Made by a program: the position numbers and the translations under genes. Positions 8,168 through 17,979 of a stretch of DNA of 32,000 nt are shown piece by piece (positions within the stretch are counted from its first letter, which is position 1; each line of letters begins with the position of its first letter). Origin of the DNA: Clostridia bacterium (GTDB taxonomy: Bacteria > Bacillota > Clostridia > TANB77 > RGIG9151); assembly GCA_017934955.1 (NCBI GenBank), contig JAGBIO010000006.1, positions 67,639 through 99,638 of the forward strand, read 5' to 3'. The notes under the pieces were generated by a model. That model was not told the DNA's origin. It saw nothing but the letters and a program-made list of their open reading frames with translations, and searched no databases.

Positions 8168-10517
8168 GATTGAATTATTGGCTCCTGCGGGAGGATATGA
8201 GCAATTTATAGCGGCAGTGGAATCGGGTGCGGACGCGGTCTATTTAGGGGGCGCGTCTTTTAACGCACGGCATTCTGCTGCCAATTTTTCTGATGAAGAT
8301 ATAAAAAAAGTAGTGGAGTACGCGCATGTGAGGAATGTGAAGATTCATTTGACGTTGAATACATTAGTCCATGATGATGAGTTACCGGCAGTTTTGGAGT
8401 TTGCGAAGAAAATGTATTCTTATGGCGTGGATGCGTTTATTATTCAGGATTTGGGAGTCGCACATGAGTTAAAGAAGATGATTCCGGAGGCGGAAATTCA
8501 TTTTAGTACGCAGGGGACGATTTATCAGACGAGTGGTGTGGAATTCGGAAAGAGTTTGGGTTTTAAACGAGTGGTTTTGTCAAGAGAACTTAGCTTGGAC
8601 GAAATTGAGGAGATTTGCCGGAGTACCGATACCGAAATTGAAGTGTTTGTGCATGGGGCGTTATGTATCTGTTATTCGGGTCAATGTCGTTTGAGCAGCT
8701 TGATAGGAGAACGTAGCGGAAATCGCGGGAAATGTGCGCAACCTTGTCGTTTACCTTATGCGCTTTGTGAAGGAGAAAGGGAATTGACGAAGGACTCAAC
8801 AAGGGATTGCTTAAGTTATATTATGAGTCCGAAGGATATGTGTGGAATTCATGATTTGGTGCGGTTGATAAAAATCGGGGTTCGTTCCTTAAAGATTGAA
8901 GGGCGCTTGAAGTCGCCGGAGTATGTTGCTTGCGTGACGAGTATTTATCGGAAGTATATTGATTTGGCGTATGACCTGATTGAAAAGGGAAAAGAAGCGC
9001 GGTATCATGTGGCGGAGGAAGATGTCGAGAAGTTAAAGCAGGTATTTAATCGTGGCGGTTTTTCGAATGGTTATTATGAGAAGAAGTTAGGGAAGGATTT
9101 AATTTGTCGGACGCGTCCGAAACATTGGGGCACTTATTTAGGAAAAGTAGTGGCTTATCAGCCGCAGCGAGCACTGGTTACGGTGAAGTTGGCGCAGGAT
9201 ATTGCGGAGGGCGATGGAATTGAGGTTGTTCATGAGGGCCTGCCGGGAAATATTGTGACTTATCTTGAAAAAGACGGAAAGCAGGTAAAGAGTGCTTGTG
9301 CCGGAGATGTTGTAAAGCTTGGAGATATTCGTGGAACAATAAAGGCGGGAGAAGAGGTTTATAAAATTTCGGATAAGAAGTTAAATGCGGAATTAAAGAA
9401 AGTTACGGATGGAAAGTTTTATAAGAAGGTTCCGATTGGAGTTGAAGTAAAAGTTGAGTTAACTCAACCGATATCAGCTGAGTTTTATGATTTTGACGGG
9501 CATCGGGTTGTAACACGAAGTGAATTTGTTGCGATAGAGGCGGTGAATAAGGCGATTCGCGAGGAAGATATAGCGAAGGCGTTTGGAAAATTGGGAGATA
9601 CACCCTTTTCGTTATCAGAGTGTAAGGTTGAGATTAACGGAAATTGTTTGGTTCCGGTGTCGGTGTTGAATCAGTTACGTCGAGAGGGTTGTGAAGAACT
9701 TTATCAAAAGCGGGCATTTTCAGTAAAAGAATTGCCTTCTGCGAATTTGCAGAAACTTTCCATTGCTGAAAAGAAACGGGAAGGAAAGATTTCGGTTTAT
9801 TTGTATCGGGCGTCTGATTTAGAAGGTTTGGAGTTGGCGGATCGAATTTATCTTCCGCTAAAGGAGTATTCTGAGGAAATTCGGTTACGTTTTCCGGAAA
9901 AAGAAGTGGTCCCGTATCTTACGGCGGTTTCGCTGAGAAAGCAAATTAAGATTGATTCGGATTCTGTTTTGATTGGAAATCCGGGGCAGTTGGAATTGGT
10001 GAGAGATTGTAAAAATATTTATGCGGATATGTCTTTTAATGTCTTTCATTCTTATACGGCGGAACTTTTGAAAGAGTATGGGATAAAAGGTGTGAATTTA
10101 TCTTTTGAATTGAATTTGGAGGAAATGAAAAAGATAGAGACGGATTTGGAGAAAGAGGTTACCGTTTATGGCAGATTGCCGCTGATGATTAGTGAGCATT
10201 GTCCGATTGGGAGCGAGATAGCGGGGAAATTTCATTGTGGATTATGCCAAAAGAAGGATTATACCTTAAAAGACAGAACCGGCGAGAAATTCCCGATTTT
10301 GACGGATCCGGAAGTTTGTCGAATTCAGTTGTTAAACAGTAAGATTTTATTTGCACCGGAAGTGTGTGGTTATTTGAAAGAGGAAGTGGATTATTTCCGT
10401 GTGTATTTCTTTGAGGAAACGAAGGAAGAAAGAGAGAAGATTTTAAGACAAGTGAAAGTCGGAAAGAAGACAGAGACTTTTGGGTATACATCGGGTCATT
10501 TTTATAGAGGAGTTTAG
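8157..10517 (+). CDS. Peptidase U32 family protein (long form)
   Basis: Contains [19 protein letters not shown], which fits the U32 signature E-x-F-x2-G-[SA]-[LIVM]-C-x4-G-x-C-x-[LIVM]-S. The family-typical N-terminus [12 protein letters not shown] starts at ATG 8157 and overlaps the yebC stop by 11 nt. Confidence 0.85.
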   Translation: MKNKIELLAPAGGYEQFIAAVESGADAVYLGGASFNARHSAANFSDEDIKKVVEYAHVRNVKIHLTLNTLVHDDELPAVLEFAKKMYSYGVDAFIIQDLGVAHELKKMIPEAEIHFSTQGTIYQTSGVEFGKSLGFKRVVLSRELSLDEIEEICRSTDTEIEVFVHGALCICYSGQCRLSSLIGERSGNRGKCAQPCRLPYALCEGERELTKDSTRDCLSYIMSPKDMCGIHDLVRLIKIGVRSLKIEGRLKSPEYVACVTSIYRKYIDLAYDLIEKGKEARYHVAEEDVEKLKQVFNRGGFSNGYYEKKLGKDLICRTRPKHWGTYLGKVVAYQPQRALVTVKLAQDIAEGDGIEVVHEGLPGNIVTYLEKDGKQVKSACAGDVVKLGDIRGTIKAGEEVYKISDKKLNAELKKVTDGKFYKKVPIGVEVKVELTQPISAEFYDFDGHRVVTRSEFVAIEAVNKAIREEDIAKAFGKLGDTPFSLSECKVEINGNCLVPVSVLNQLRREGCEELYQKRAFSVKELPSANLQKLSIAEKKREGKISVYLYRASDLEGLELADRIYLPLKEYSEEIRLRFPEKEVVPYLTAVSLRKQIKIDSDSVLIGNPGQLELVRDCKNIYADMSFNVFHSYTAELLKEYGIKGVNLSFELNLEEMKKIETDLEKEVTVYGRLPLMISEHCPIGSEIAGKFHCGLCQKKDYTLKDRTGEKFPILTDPEVCRIQLLNSKILFAPEVCGYLKEEVDYFRVYFFEETKEEREKILRQVKVGKKTETFGYTSGHFYRGV

Positions 10518-10533
10518 TGTTATATTTTGCATC

Positions 10534-10557
10534 GGAGACGTTTCCATTTTGCAAAAT
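10534..10557. repeat. Family-2 hairpin arm, isolated copy
   Basis: GGAGACGTTTCCATTTTGCAAAAT is the reverse complement of the 5517-5538 arm with one substitution. GCGAAAAAAGAAG, another piece of the 5499 unit, follows it. Confidence 0.6.
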
Positions 10558-10636
10558 TGAGATAGAAAAAAGGCGAAAAAAGAAGAAAAAGATATTGAAG
10601 AAGTACTAAAAAACATGTTTAAAGATGCTTTATTTA

Positions 10637-10677
10637 GCAAAGGGGACGGTTCTATTTCTCAGAACCGTCCCCTTTGC
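10637..10677 (-). terminator. 17-bp perfect stem-loop downstream of the HD-domain gene
   Basis: GCAAAGGGGACGGTTCT (10637-10653), loop ATTTCTC, then AGAACCGTCCCCTTTGC (10661-10677). It starts 10 nt after the minus-strand stop. The U-tract is weak, so it may instead be a REP-like element related to family 2 (shared GGGGACG core). Confidence 0.5.
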
Positions 10678-10686
10678 TAAAACTCC

Positions 10687-11463
10687 TTATTTAATGGTAA
10701 CAACCGGAGCAGCGGATACTTGTTTATGCTTATCCACATAGTGAATGCTTTTATCCACAATGTCTTGTAGGGTTGTATTTTCAAAGCGCTTAAAAATATC
10801 ATAATGTTCTTTTTCTTTTTCATTGACAAATTCAATGAAGAGTTTATAAAACGGATTCCCGAGTCCTTTTTCTAATTCGGACTGGAGAATTTTTAGTGCT
10901 TCTTGCGTGCTTAACATCTCATCTCGATAGATACGAGGCTCTTTTAATGCGGTATAGATATCGGTAATTTCAAGCAAAGAAATAGCGGGTAAGAAACTGT
11001 AAATTTTCTTTTCTGAAAAATTCTTCGGATGATGGAAGAATACACTGGCAACAATATCATCGCTGAAGCCTAATTCACGAAGAAGATTTGCACTGTGTGC
11101 AGCATGTTTTGACATTTCTTTATATTCATCTTCTGTTAATTTTCCGGGTTTTGTCAAAATTTCTTTTCGAATTTTTATTTTTCCGATGTCATGCCACCAA
11201 CACAGTACAATTAACTTATCGTATTGTACCAATGTAAGATTTTTTATGTAATTAATAAACAAATCTCGTTCTTTATGTTTGATTTTCTTTGTTAAATCTT
11301 CTACCGACAATTTTCTGAGATAGTCCACAAATTCCATCATACAACTGGATAATTTCAATGAATGAGAAAAGGTGTCGATTTTGAGGTCACCATTTAAATT
11401 GACGATGTCGTTAATCGTCGCTCCGTATGTTTCAATCAGTAAATCTGAAAGATCTCTATCCAT
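10687..11463 (-). CDS. HD-GYP-related HD-domain protein lacking the GYP motif
   Basis: Motifs WWHDIGKIKI, ILTKPGKLTEDEYKEMSKHAAHS and ITDIYTALKEPRIYRDEM match HD-GYP blocks. FFHHPKNF replaces HHERxDGSGYP. ATG 11463 is preceded by GGAGG; the track start is an upstream TTG. Confidence 0.8.
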   Translation of the reverse strand: MDRDLSDLLIETYGATINDIVNLNGDLKIDTFSHSLKLSSCMMEFVDYLRKLSVEDLTKKIKHKERDLFINYIKNLTLVQYDKLIVLCWWHDIGKIKIRKEILTKPGKLTEDEYKEMSKHAAHSANLLRELGFSDDIVASVFFHHPKNFSEKKIYSFLPAISLLEITDIYTALKEPRIYRDEMLSTQEALKILQSELEKGLGNPFYKLFIEFVNEKEKEHYDIFKRFENTTLQDIVDKSIHYVDKHKQVSAAPVVTIK

Positions 11464-11581
11464 GAGATACACCTCCAAAAAATAACAATGCTGCTTAAAG
11501 TATACAATTATATTTTACCACTTTTTGCATTACTGTGTCAATTATTGGAGGACTGTTAATTTCAGGTAACATAGGAAGATG

Positions 11582-11706
11582 GTTACAAATTAGACTATAT
11601 CATTTTATAATAATTGCAGAATCATTGTAGGGACAGCATTCATGCTGTCCACAGAAGAAGCAGAAAATTTAATAAAACGATAAAAAGATATAGTCTGATC
11701 TGTAAC
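11582..11706. mobile_element. MITE-like element, copy 3 (125 bp, second hairpin deleted)
   Basis: TIRs are GTTACAAATTAGACT (11582-11596) and AGTCTGATCTGTAAC (11692-11706). There is a single hairpin at 11627-11650. No clear TSD; the flanks instead extend the inverted repeat (GATG/CATC). Confidence 0.7.
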
Positions 11707-11795
11707 CATCGGGGATATTTGCGTTTTGCGAAATGCTTGCTTTTTGTTGGCGTTTTCGGTATACTATAGCAAAATGAGAAGAATGTGGAGATGTT

Positions 11796-13742
11796 ATGGG
11801 GAAGAGTTTATTTATTGCGGAAAAGCCGAGTGTGGCGAAGGAGTTTGCGAAGATTTTGAAAGTGAATGCGCCGACGCGGGATGGATATATTGAGAATGAT
11901 CAGTATGTGATTACTTGGTGTGTGGGGCATTTGGTGAATATGAGTTACCCGGAGAAGTATGATGAGAATTTGAGGCGATGGTCTATTTCGACATTGCCTT
12001 TTTTGCCGTTGGAGTATAAGTATGAGGTAATTTCTTCGGTGGAGAAGCAGTTTGAGATTGTGAAAGGACTTTTATGCCGTGAGGATGTGGAGAAGATTTA
12101 TGTTTGTACTGACTCGGGGCGTGAGGGGGAGTATATTTATCGTTTGGTGGATCAAATGGCGGAAGTGGGAGAGAAGGATAAGCGGCGTGTTTGGATTGAT
12201 TCGCAGACGGAGGAGGAAATTTTGCGTGGGATTCGTGAGGCGAAACCGCTTGAGGAGTATAATTCTTTGGCGGATTCGGCGTATCTTCGGGCGAAGGAGG
12301 ACTATTTGATTGGAATTAATTTTTCTCGTTTGTTGACTTTGCTTTATGGCAGAGCGGTTTCGATTGTGGGGAAAGAGGAAAAAGTGGTAATTGCGATTGG
12401 ACGTGTGATGACTTGTGTGCTTGGCATGGTTGTGGATCGAGAACGGGAAATCCGAAATTTTGTGAAGACGAATTTTTACAAGTTAAATAGTGAATTTAAT
12501 ATCGGAGAGGAAAATTGCGTCGGAGAATGGCGTGCGGCGGAAGGTACGGCATATTTTAATTCGCCGTTGTTATATAATGATACGGGTTTTAAAAAGAAGA
12601 AGGATGCGGAGAAGTTAGCGGAGGAGCTTCGAAAAAATACGGAAGGAGAGATTGTGGAGCTTAAGAAGAAGCAGCAGAAGGAAAATGCGCCGCTGTTGTT
12701 TAATTTGGCGGAGTTACAGAATGAGTGTTCGAAGCGTTTTAAGATTTCTCCGGATGAGACGTTATCGGTGGTGCAGACGCTTTATGAGAAAAAGTTGGTG
12801 ACATATCCGAGAACAGATGCGAGAGTTTTGTCGACGGCGATTGCGAAGGAGATTGCGAAGAATGTGAATGGTTTGGCAAATCGTTGTGCGGATGATGTTG
12901 TGAAAGTGGCTGCGGGGAATGTGATTGGCAGAAAGTATTCTTTGAATTTACTGAAGTCAAAATATGTGGATGATTCGAAGATTACGGATCACTATGCGAT
13001 TATTCCGACGGGACAGGGATTTGAGAATTATTCGGGTTTGAAGGAGTTGGAGAAAGCGATTTACCAAATGATTGGAATTCGTTTTTTGGCAGTTTTTTAT
13101 CCGCCGGCGGTGTTTAATCGTGTTTCTATGACGGTAAAAGTGGGGGAAGAGCTCTTTTTTGCGAATACGAAAACGTGCAAGGAAATCGGATATTTGGAGA
13201 TTATGAAAGCAAATAAGGAGAACGGTGAAGCGAAGGAGACTTTGGGAAACTTGAAAAAAGGTCAGCTTTTGAAGTTGGAGAAGATTGAGGTAAAAGAGGG
13301 AGAAACGACGCCTCCGAGTCGTTATACGACGGGTACGATGATTTTGGCGATGGAGAATGCGGGAAAGTTGATTGAAGATGAGGAGTTAAGAGCCCAGATT
13401 AAAGGTGCCGGAATCGGGACGAGTGCGACAAGAGCGGAGATTATTAAGAAGTTGCAGAAGAATGCGTATATTTTGTGCAATTCTAAGACGCAGGTGATTA
13501 CGCCGAGTGTAAAAGGCGAATTGATTTACGAGGTAGTGAAGGACAGTATGCCGGATATGCTGAATCCGGAATTGACGGCAAGTTGGGAAAAGGGCTTGAC
13601 GATGGTGGCGAATCAGGAAATCGGTGCGGAAGTTTTTATGGAGAAGTTGGAGAATTATATTAAGCGTAAAGTGCATAATGCGGTGGAGAGGAAACCGTAT
13701 ATTAATCCGCCGAGAATGTTTAAGGATGTGAAGGTGGAGTAG
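11796..13742 (+). CDS. topB: DNA topoisomerase III (type IA)
   Basis: Toprim N-terminus LFIAEKPSVAKEFAKIL, the catalytic-tyrosine block LVTYPRTDARVL, and a 648-aa length typical of Firmicute TopB. Confidence 0.9.
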   Translation: MGKSLFIAEKPSVAKEFAKILKVNAPTRDGYIENDQYVITWCVGHLVNMSYPEKYDENLRRWSISTLPFLPLEYKYEVISSVEKQFEIVKGLLCREDVEKIYVCTDSGREGEYIYRLVDQMAEVGEKDKRRVWIDSQTEEEILRGIREAKPLEEYNSLADSAYLRAKEDYLIGINFSRLLTLLYGRAVSIVGKEEKVVIAIGRVMTCVLGMVVDREREIRNFVKTNFYKLNSEFNIGEENCVGEWRAAEGTAYFNSPLLYNDTGFKKKKDAEKLAEELRKNTEGEIVELKKKQQKENAPLLFNLAELQNECSKRFKISPDETLSVVQTLYEKKLVTYPRTDARVLSTAIAKEIAKNVNGLANRCADDVVKVAAGNVIGRKYSLNLLKSKYVDDSKITDHYAIIPTGQGFENYSGLKELEKAIYQMIGIRFLAVFYPPAVFNRVSMTVKVGEELFFANTKTCKEIGYLEIMKANKENGEAKETLGNLKKGQLLKLEKIEVKEGETTPPSRYTTGTMILAMENAGKLIEDEELRAQIKGAGIGTSATRAEIIKKLQKNAYILCNSKTQVITPSVKGELIYEVVKDSMPDMLNPELTASWEKGLTMVANQEIGAEVFMEKLENYIKRKVHNAVERKPYINPPRMFKDVKVE

Positions 13743-13746
13743 CAAT

Positions 13747-13771
13747 GGGACAGCATGAATGCTGTCCGTAC
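13747..13771. repeat. Solo hairpin unit between topB and truB
   Basis: GGGACAGCATGAATGCTGTCCGTAC. It matches the hairpin-2 unit of the MITE but lacks arms and TIRs. Confidence 0.8.
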
Positions 13772-13803
13772 GGGGATAGTGGGAGAGTTAGGATTAGAGG
13801 TGT

Positions 13804-14685
13804 ATGGTTATGGACGGGTTTTTGAATATTGAGAAAGAGCCGGGGATGACTTCGTTTGATGTGGTGGCGAAGGTGAGAAAATTGTTTCAGACCCGTTCTG
13901 TTGGGCATACGGGGACTTTGGATCCGAATGCGTCGGGAGTGCTGGTGGTTGCGGTTGGCTGTGCGACGAAGGCTATCTCTTATTTGGAGCAGGAGGACAA
14001 GGTTTATGCGGCGGAGTTGACGTTGGGGATTGAGACGGATACAGAGGATATTTGGGGGAAGACACTAAAGACTTGCGAATCGCTTGATACAATAAATTTG
14101 TCAGAAGAACGGATTCGAGAGGTGCTGGTGTCTTTTGTGGGGAAGATAGAGCAGGTTCCTCCGATGTATTCGGCGATTAAGATAAATGGGAAGAAGTTAT
14201 ATGAGTTGGCGAGAGCCGGAATGGAAGTGGAGCGTAGAGCGAGAGAAATTGAGATTTTTTCGATTGAGAATATTTCAGTAAATGGCTTAAAGGTGCGGTT
14301 TACGGTACATTGCTCGAAGGGGACGTATATTCGGACATTGTGTAAGGATATTGGAGAAAAGCTTGGCTGCGGTGCGGTGATGTCGGAGTTGGTGAGATTA
14401 AAGGCGGGAAATTTTGCATTGGATTCGGCTTGTAAGTTGGGGGAGTTGGAACAAAATTTTCAAAAATGTTTTGTTTCGATAGAAGAGGCGTTGAGTCGAT
14501 TTGAAAAGTTGGTGCTGACGGAAGAGGAGAGTCGGCTTTATCGAAATGGTGTTCCGGTGAAGACGGAAGTTGCTGAGGGACGGTATCGGGTTTATTTAGA
14601 GGATGAATTTTACGGAATTTGTTTGGTGAAAGATGGAGTGATTCGGAGTGAAAAGAAAATTAGCGGTAAGTCATTTGCAGAATAA
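13804..14685 (+). CDS. truB: tRNA pseudouridine(55) synthase
   Basis: GFLNIEKEPGMTSFDVV and the catalytic-Asp block GHTGTLDPNASGVL. ATG 13810 has better RBS spacing than 13804, so the start is ambiguous by 2 codons. Confidence 0.9.
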   Translation: MVMDGFLNIEKEPGMTSFDVVAKVRKLFQTRSVGHTGTLDPNASGVLVVAVGCATKAISYLEQEDKVYAAELTLGIETDTEDIWGKTLKTCESLDTINLSEERIREVLVSFVGKIEQVPPMYSAIKINGKKLYELARAGMEVERRAREIEIFSIENISVNGLKVRFTVHCSKGTYIRTLCKDIGEKLGCGAVMSELVRLKAGNFALDSACKLGELEQNFQKCFVSIEEALSRFEKLVLTEEESRLYRNGVPVKTEVAEGRYRVYLEDEFYGICLVKDGVIRSEKKISGKSFAE

Positions 14686-15049
14686 TTTGTTGAAGAAAAA
14701 GAGACATTTTACGGATAGTTTTAAGGATGCGATGGCGGGAATTTTTCATTGTTTGATGAATGAACGAAATATGCGGACACATTTTATTGCGGGAATTTTG
14801 GTGTTTGGAGCTGCGATTTATTTTAAGTTATCCGGTGTTGAGATTGCGATTGTTGGTCTTACGGTGGGCTTGGTGATTACAACGGAATTAATTAATACGG
14901 CGATTGAGAATACGGTGGATTTGGTGACGATGGAATATAAACCTCTTGCGAAGATTGCAAAGGATGTTGCGGCGGGAGCCGTGCTTTTAGCAGCTTTTAC
15001 GGCGGTTTTGGTGGGGCTTGCGCTGTTTGTGCCGAAGATTATGCGGTAA
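14648..15049 (+). CDS. dgkA: Diacylglycerol kinase / undecaprenol kinase family membrane protein
   Basis: FKDAMAGIFHCLMNERNMRTHF and ELINTAIENTVD are DgkA-family blocks, and three hydrophobic helices are present. The start is uncertain: GTG 14648 overlaps truB, and TTG 14687 lies just after the truB stop. Confidence 0.78.
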   Translation: MKRKLAVSHLQNNLLKKKRHFTDSFKDAMAGIFHCLMNERNMRTHFIAGILVFGAAIYFKLSGVEIAIVGLTVGLVITTELINTAIENTVDLVTMEYKPLAKIAKDVAAGAVLLAAFTAVLVGLALFVPKIMR

Positions 15050-15050
15050 A

Positions 15051-15290
15051 AGCAGGACAGCATTGCGGACGTAACACCGTGAGTGCAACGAACGGCTTGT
15101 ACGTCCTATACAAAGAAACTCCAAGAACGAAGTGATTGGAAAGTTTTGACTGTTAATGCTGTCCGTACAATGATATATTATAGGATAGAGTTAAAATTAT
15201 AAAAATGGTGCAAACATTGTAGGGACAGCATTTATGCTGTCCAAGGAAAATTCAGAGAAGCAGGACAGCATGAATGCTGTCCGTACGATA
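15051..15290. repeat. Hairpin-repeat cluster: one split hairpin unit plus a TIR-less MITE core
   Basis: AGCAGGACAGCAT (ending 15063) and AATGCTGTCCGTACAATG (from 15155) are separated by 92 nt. A MITE core follows, with arm TTAAAATTATAAAAATG and hairpins at 15219-15242 and 15263-15286. Confidence 0.75.
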
Positions 15291-15358
15291 GATTGGAAAA
15301 TATATAAATTAGAGGAGGCTATTATTTTTGAAAGCTGTGAAAATCTTGTGATTTCCTC

Positions 15359-15387
15359 TTGTTTACATATTGGGTTTGTGATAAAAT
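15359..15387 (+). promoter_or_regulatory. Extended -10 promoter candidate upstream of the T4CP-like gene pair
   Basis: TTGTTT (15359-15364), a 17-nt spacer ending in TGa, then TAAAAT (15382-15387). A second TATAAT lies at 15438-15443. Confidence 0.3.
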
Positions 15388-15481
15388 TATAGATGTAGTG
15401 TGATGAAATATGGTTAATTGTAGAATTTTTTTACCGATATAATCAATAGAAAATTTAGCTTTCAAAAGGGGTGGCTGTTCC

Positions 15482-17959
15482 TTGTTTGAGCAATTGAAGA
15501 AGAAATTTGACAATCCGGAGTTTTTGACGAAACTTTTTTATGGAATGACAATTGTTGTGATATTAAATCGATTAATTATGCTTTGCTTATTATTTGCGGG
15601 GAAAAATATGCTGATGACTTCAAACGAAATGTTTCGAGGTCTGTTTTGGCATTCGGAGGAATATGCGTTGGCATTTTTATTGCCGCTTGCAGGATTTGCG
15701 TATCTTTGTTCTTCGAAGTATGCGAGTAATACCGAAAATAAGATAAAAGGCTATTTTGTTACTTATCTGTTGCTTGCGACGATTACTTTTACGATGTTGG
15801 CACAGTGGGGGAATGAGTTTATTCTTTACGTGATTCGTTCGGTGGATAACGGAAATATTTTGCGATTGATTGCAAGCAGTGAGCAGGGAATGAAGATTTT
15901 CTTGGATGCTTTGCGGTACGGTACGTTATATCTTCCGATTTGTGTGGTTGCGATTACGCCTACGTCGATTGCATTGGTAATGGATAATGAACATCCGATC
16001 GGAAAGTTGAAGGCTTTATCTTTGCTTTCTTCGAAAACCAATCCGGATGCGGTTGGTGAGATGACTTGTGAGGTAAGACTTTGTGATGATCTTGATTCCG
16101 GTGCGCCGGTTATGGTTTCGGAGGCAAGAAGAATGGAGACCGTATTGGTACAGGGTGCTACTGGTACCGGTAAAACGTCTACGATGTTGTTGCCGATGTG
16201 TGCTTCGGATTTGAAGAAGAAGTATTTCTTCCGGGAAAAAGCGAAGGAGCTTGGTTTTAAGGCACTTAGCAGTGGTTGTGCGTATGTGAATGCGCCGTAT
16301 GATAATGAGACCTTAAATAATTGCTTTTCGCTTAACTTTTTACGTCCTATTTTTGGGCGTGAGAAGGAGTTTATGGAAATTTTGAAACCGATGATTAAGG
16401 GTGTTGATGAGGAGTCGAAGGAGATTATCTTTAAGGATCTTGGTATTACGGTTTTGGAGCCGGATGGAAATTTTATTGATGATTTTCGCTTGGTGGCGGA
16501 TAATTTGGGAATTATGGTGTATAAGATTGATCCGTTGGATCCAAATTCTTATGGAATCAATCCGTTTATTAATAAGAGTCCGGCGAAGGTGGCAAGTATT
16601 ATTTCGACGGTATTAAAGGGAATGTATGAGAGTGAAAATCCGGATTCGAGTAACGTTTTCTTTGGTCAGGTTACGCAACAGGCGTTGGAAAATTTGGCGA
16701 TTTTGTTAAAGGTAATGTATCCGAAACTGCATGATGGTGCGATGCCGACATTGGAGGATATGTTGGAGTGTTTATATAATTATGATGTTGTGGAAGATAT
16801 GTGTGAAGAATTAAAGCAAGATCCGGTTTTGAGTGTAAGATATGCGATTTTGATTAAATACTTTGAGAAGAATTTTTATAAGCCGCCGCTTGATATTAAC
16901 GGAAAACCGGTTTTGGGTACTGTGGGGAGTAACAGAAAAGAGACGGAATTGTTCTTATATGGTGCGACAACGCAGCTTGACAACTTGATGCGAAATAAGA
17001 AAGTTAGAAGAATTTTATGCAGTCGGGATAATAATATCGATTTGGATAAAGTGTTATCGCAGGGGTGCTGCGTTTCGGTTTGTACGCGGCGTGGAGAACT
17101 TGGTGCGTTATTGGCGAAGCCGTTTGGTATGTTCTATATTTTGACAATGCAGGATGCTGTTTTACGTCGTCCGGGAGATGAAAATACAAGAGTTCCGCAT
17201 TTTATGTATATCGATGAATTCCCGGATTTCGTGAATAAGGATACAGAGACATGCTTTACGTTATTCCGTAAGTATCGTTGCGGTATGACGATTGCGATTC
17301 AGAATTTGTCACAGTTGGAGAGAACAAAGTCAATGAAGTTTTATAAAGAGGTTATTACTTCGAACAGTAAGACGGTTGCGGTGTTTGGAGATACAAATAA
17401 GGAAGATAGTGAGTATTGGAGTAAGGCATTCGGTAAATATGAATATTGGGATATTTCCAGCTCGGCAAGTACAAAGCCGCTTAGTACGGTAACGAAGGAG
17501 GAGGCTTCTCCGGAGAAAATCGGTATGGGTGTTGACTTTACGGAAAATATTAAGCCGTATCAATTGAACGAGATGCCGTTTAGAACGTTATATTATAAAA
17601 CGCGTGATGCGGGCGGTAAACAGATATTCGGAAAGGGAACGACGGATTTCTTGGATAAGAAGTATTTGAAACAGTTTCCTACGAAGAAATATGATTTTGA
17701 GAGTTATGTGAATTATAATCCGGAGGATCCGGGTATGATTCATGAGGCTCCGGTGATTCGGAGCATTATTGATCAAGAAATTGAGTTAAATGATGCGATT
17801 GAGGGTAAGAACAGAGAGAGTATTGAGAAGGAGATGCTTTCTGAGAGAGAGTCTTTACAAAAAATGTTGAGCAGCAGTGAATTGCCGAAGAAGGAAAAGG
17901 CTTTTAAAGAGATTGAGTATATTGATGATATCGAAGTGGAGATTGATAAGAAAATATAG
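15482..17959 (+). CDS. Membrane-anchored P-loop ATPase, type IV coupling protein-like (TraG/TraD/VirD4 C-terminal-domain type), paralogue A
   Basis: About four N-terminal hydrophobic helices. Walker A GATGTGKTS (nt 16154-16180). IDPLDPNSYGINPF block. Walker B-like HFMYIDEFPDF (nt 17206-17229). The stretch FRKYRCGMTIAIQNLSQL...TVAVFGD fits the TraG-D_C pattern (DEF..R..g....QslsQL). TTG start. Confidence 0.8.
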   Translation: MFEQLKKKFDNPEFLTKLFYGMTIVVILNRLIMLCLLFAGKNMLMTSNEMFRGLFWHSEEYALAFLLPLAGFAYLCSSKYASNTENKIKGYFVTYLLLATITFTMLAQWGNEFILYVIRSVDNGNILRLIASSEQGMKIFLDALRYGTLYLPICVVAITPTSIALVMDNEHPIGKLKALSLLSSKTNPDAVGEMTCEVRLCDDLDSGAPVMVSEARRMETVLVQGATGTGKTSTMLLPMCASDLKKKYFFREKAKELGFKALSSGCAYVNAPYDNETLNNCFSLNFLRPIFGREKEFMEILKPMIKGVDEESKEIIFKDLGITVLEPDGNFIDDFRLVADNLGIMVYKIDPLDPNSYGINPFINKSPAKVASIISTVLKGMYESENPDSSNVFFGQVTQQALENLAILLKVMYPKLHDGAMPTLEDMLECLYNYDVVEDMCEELKQDPVLSVRYAILIKYFEKNFYKPPLDINGKPVLGTVGSNRKETELFLYGATTQLDNLMRNKKVRRILCSRDNNIDLDKVLSQGCCVSVCTRRGELGALLAKPFGMFYILTMQDAVLRRPGDENTRVPHFMYIDEFPDFVNKDTETCFTLFRKYRCGMTIAIQNLSQLERTKSMKFYKEVITSNSKTVAVFGDTNKEDSEYWSKAFGKYEYWDISSSASTKPLSTVTKEEASPEKIGMGVDFTENIKPYQLNEMPFRTLYYKTRDAGGKQIFGKGTTDFLDKKYLKQFPTKKYDFESYVNYNPEDPGMIHEAPVIRSIIDQEIELNDAIEGKNRESIEKEMLSERESLQKMLSSSELPKKEKAFKEIEYIDDIEVEIDKKI

Positions 17960-17979
17960 CGGATTGGTTTGGATAGGCG

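Noticed and set aside
13386-13745. 119-aa minus-strand ORF. Similar antisense or alternate-frame ORFs lie at 1004-1295, 3103-3366, 4644-4862, 10189-10640, 12079-12309, 12739-12960, 16401-16616, 19193-19603 and 30138-30395.
   Set aside because: - They are fully embedded in, or antisense to, strongly supported genes.
- Their compositions are biased (R/H/L/S-rich), as expected for off-frame translation.
- None has an RBS.
15312-15351. Strong Shine-Dalgarno sequence (AGAGGAGG) followed by a 7-codon TTG mini-ORF (MKAVKIL), upstream of the coupling-protein-like genes
   Set aside because: - It is too short to support as a gene.
- It lies upstream of the better promoter candidate.
- It could be a leader peptide, but I cannot support that from sequence alone.
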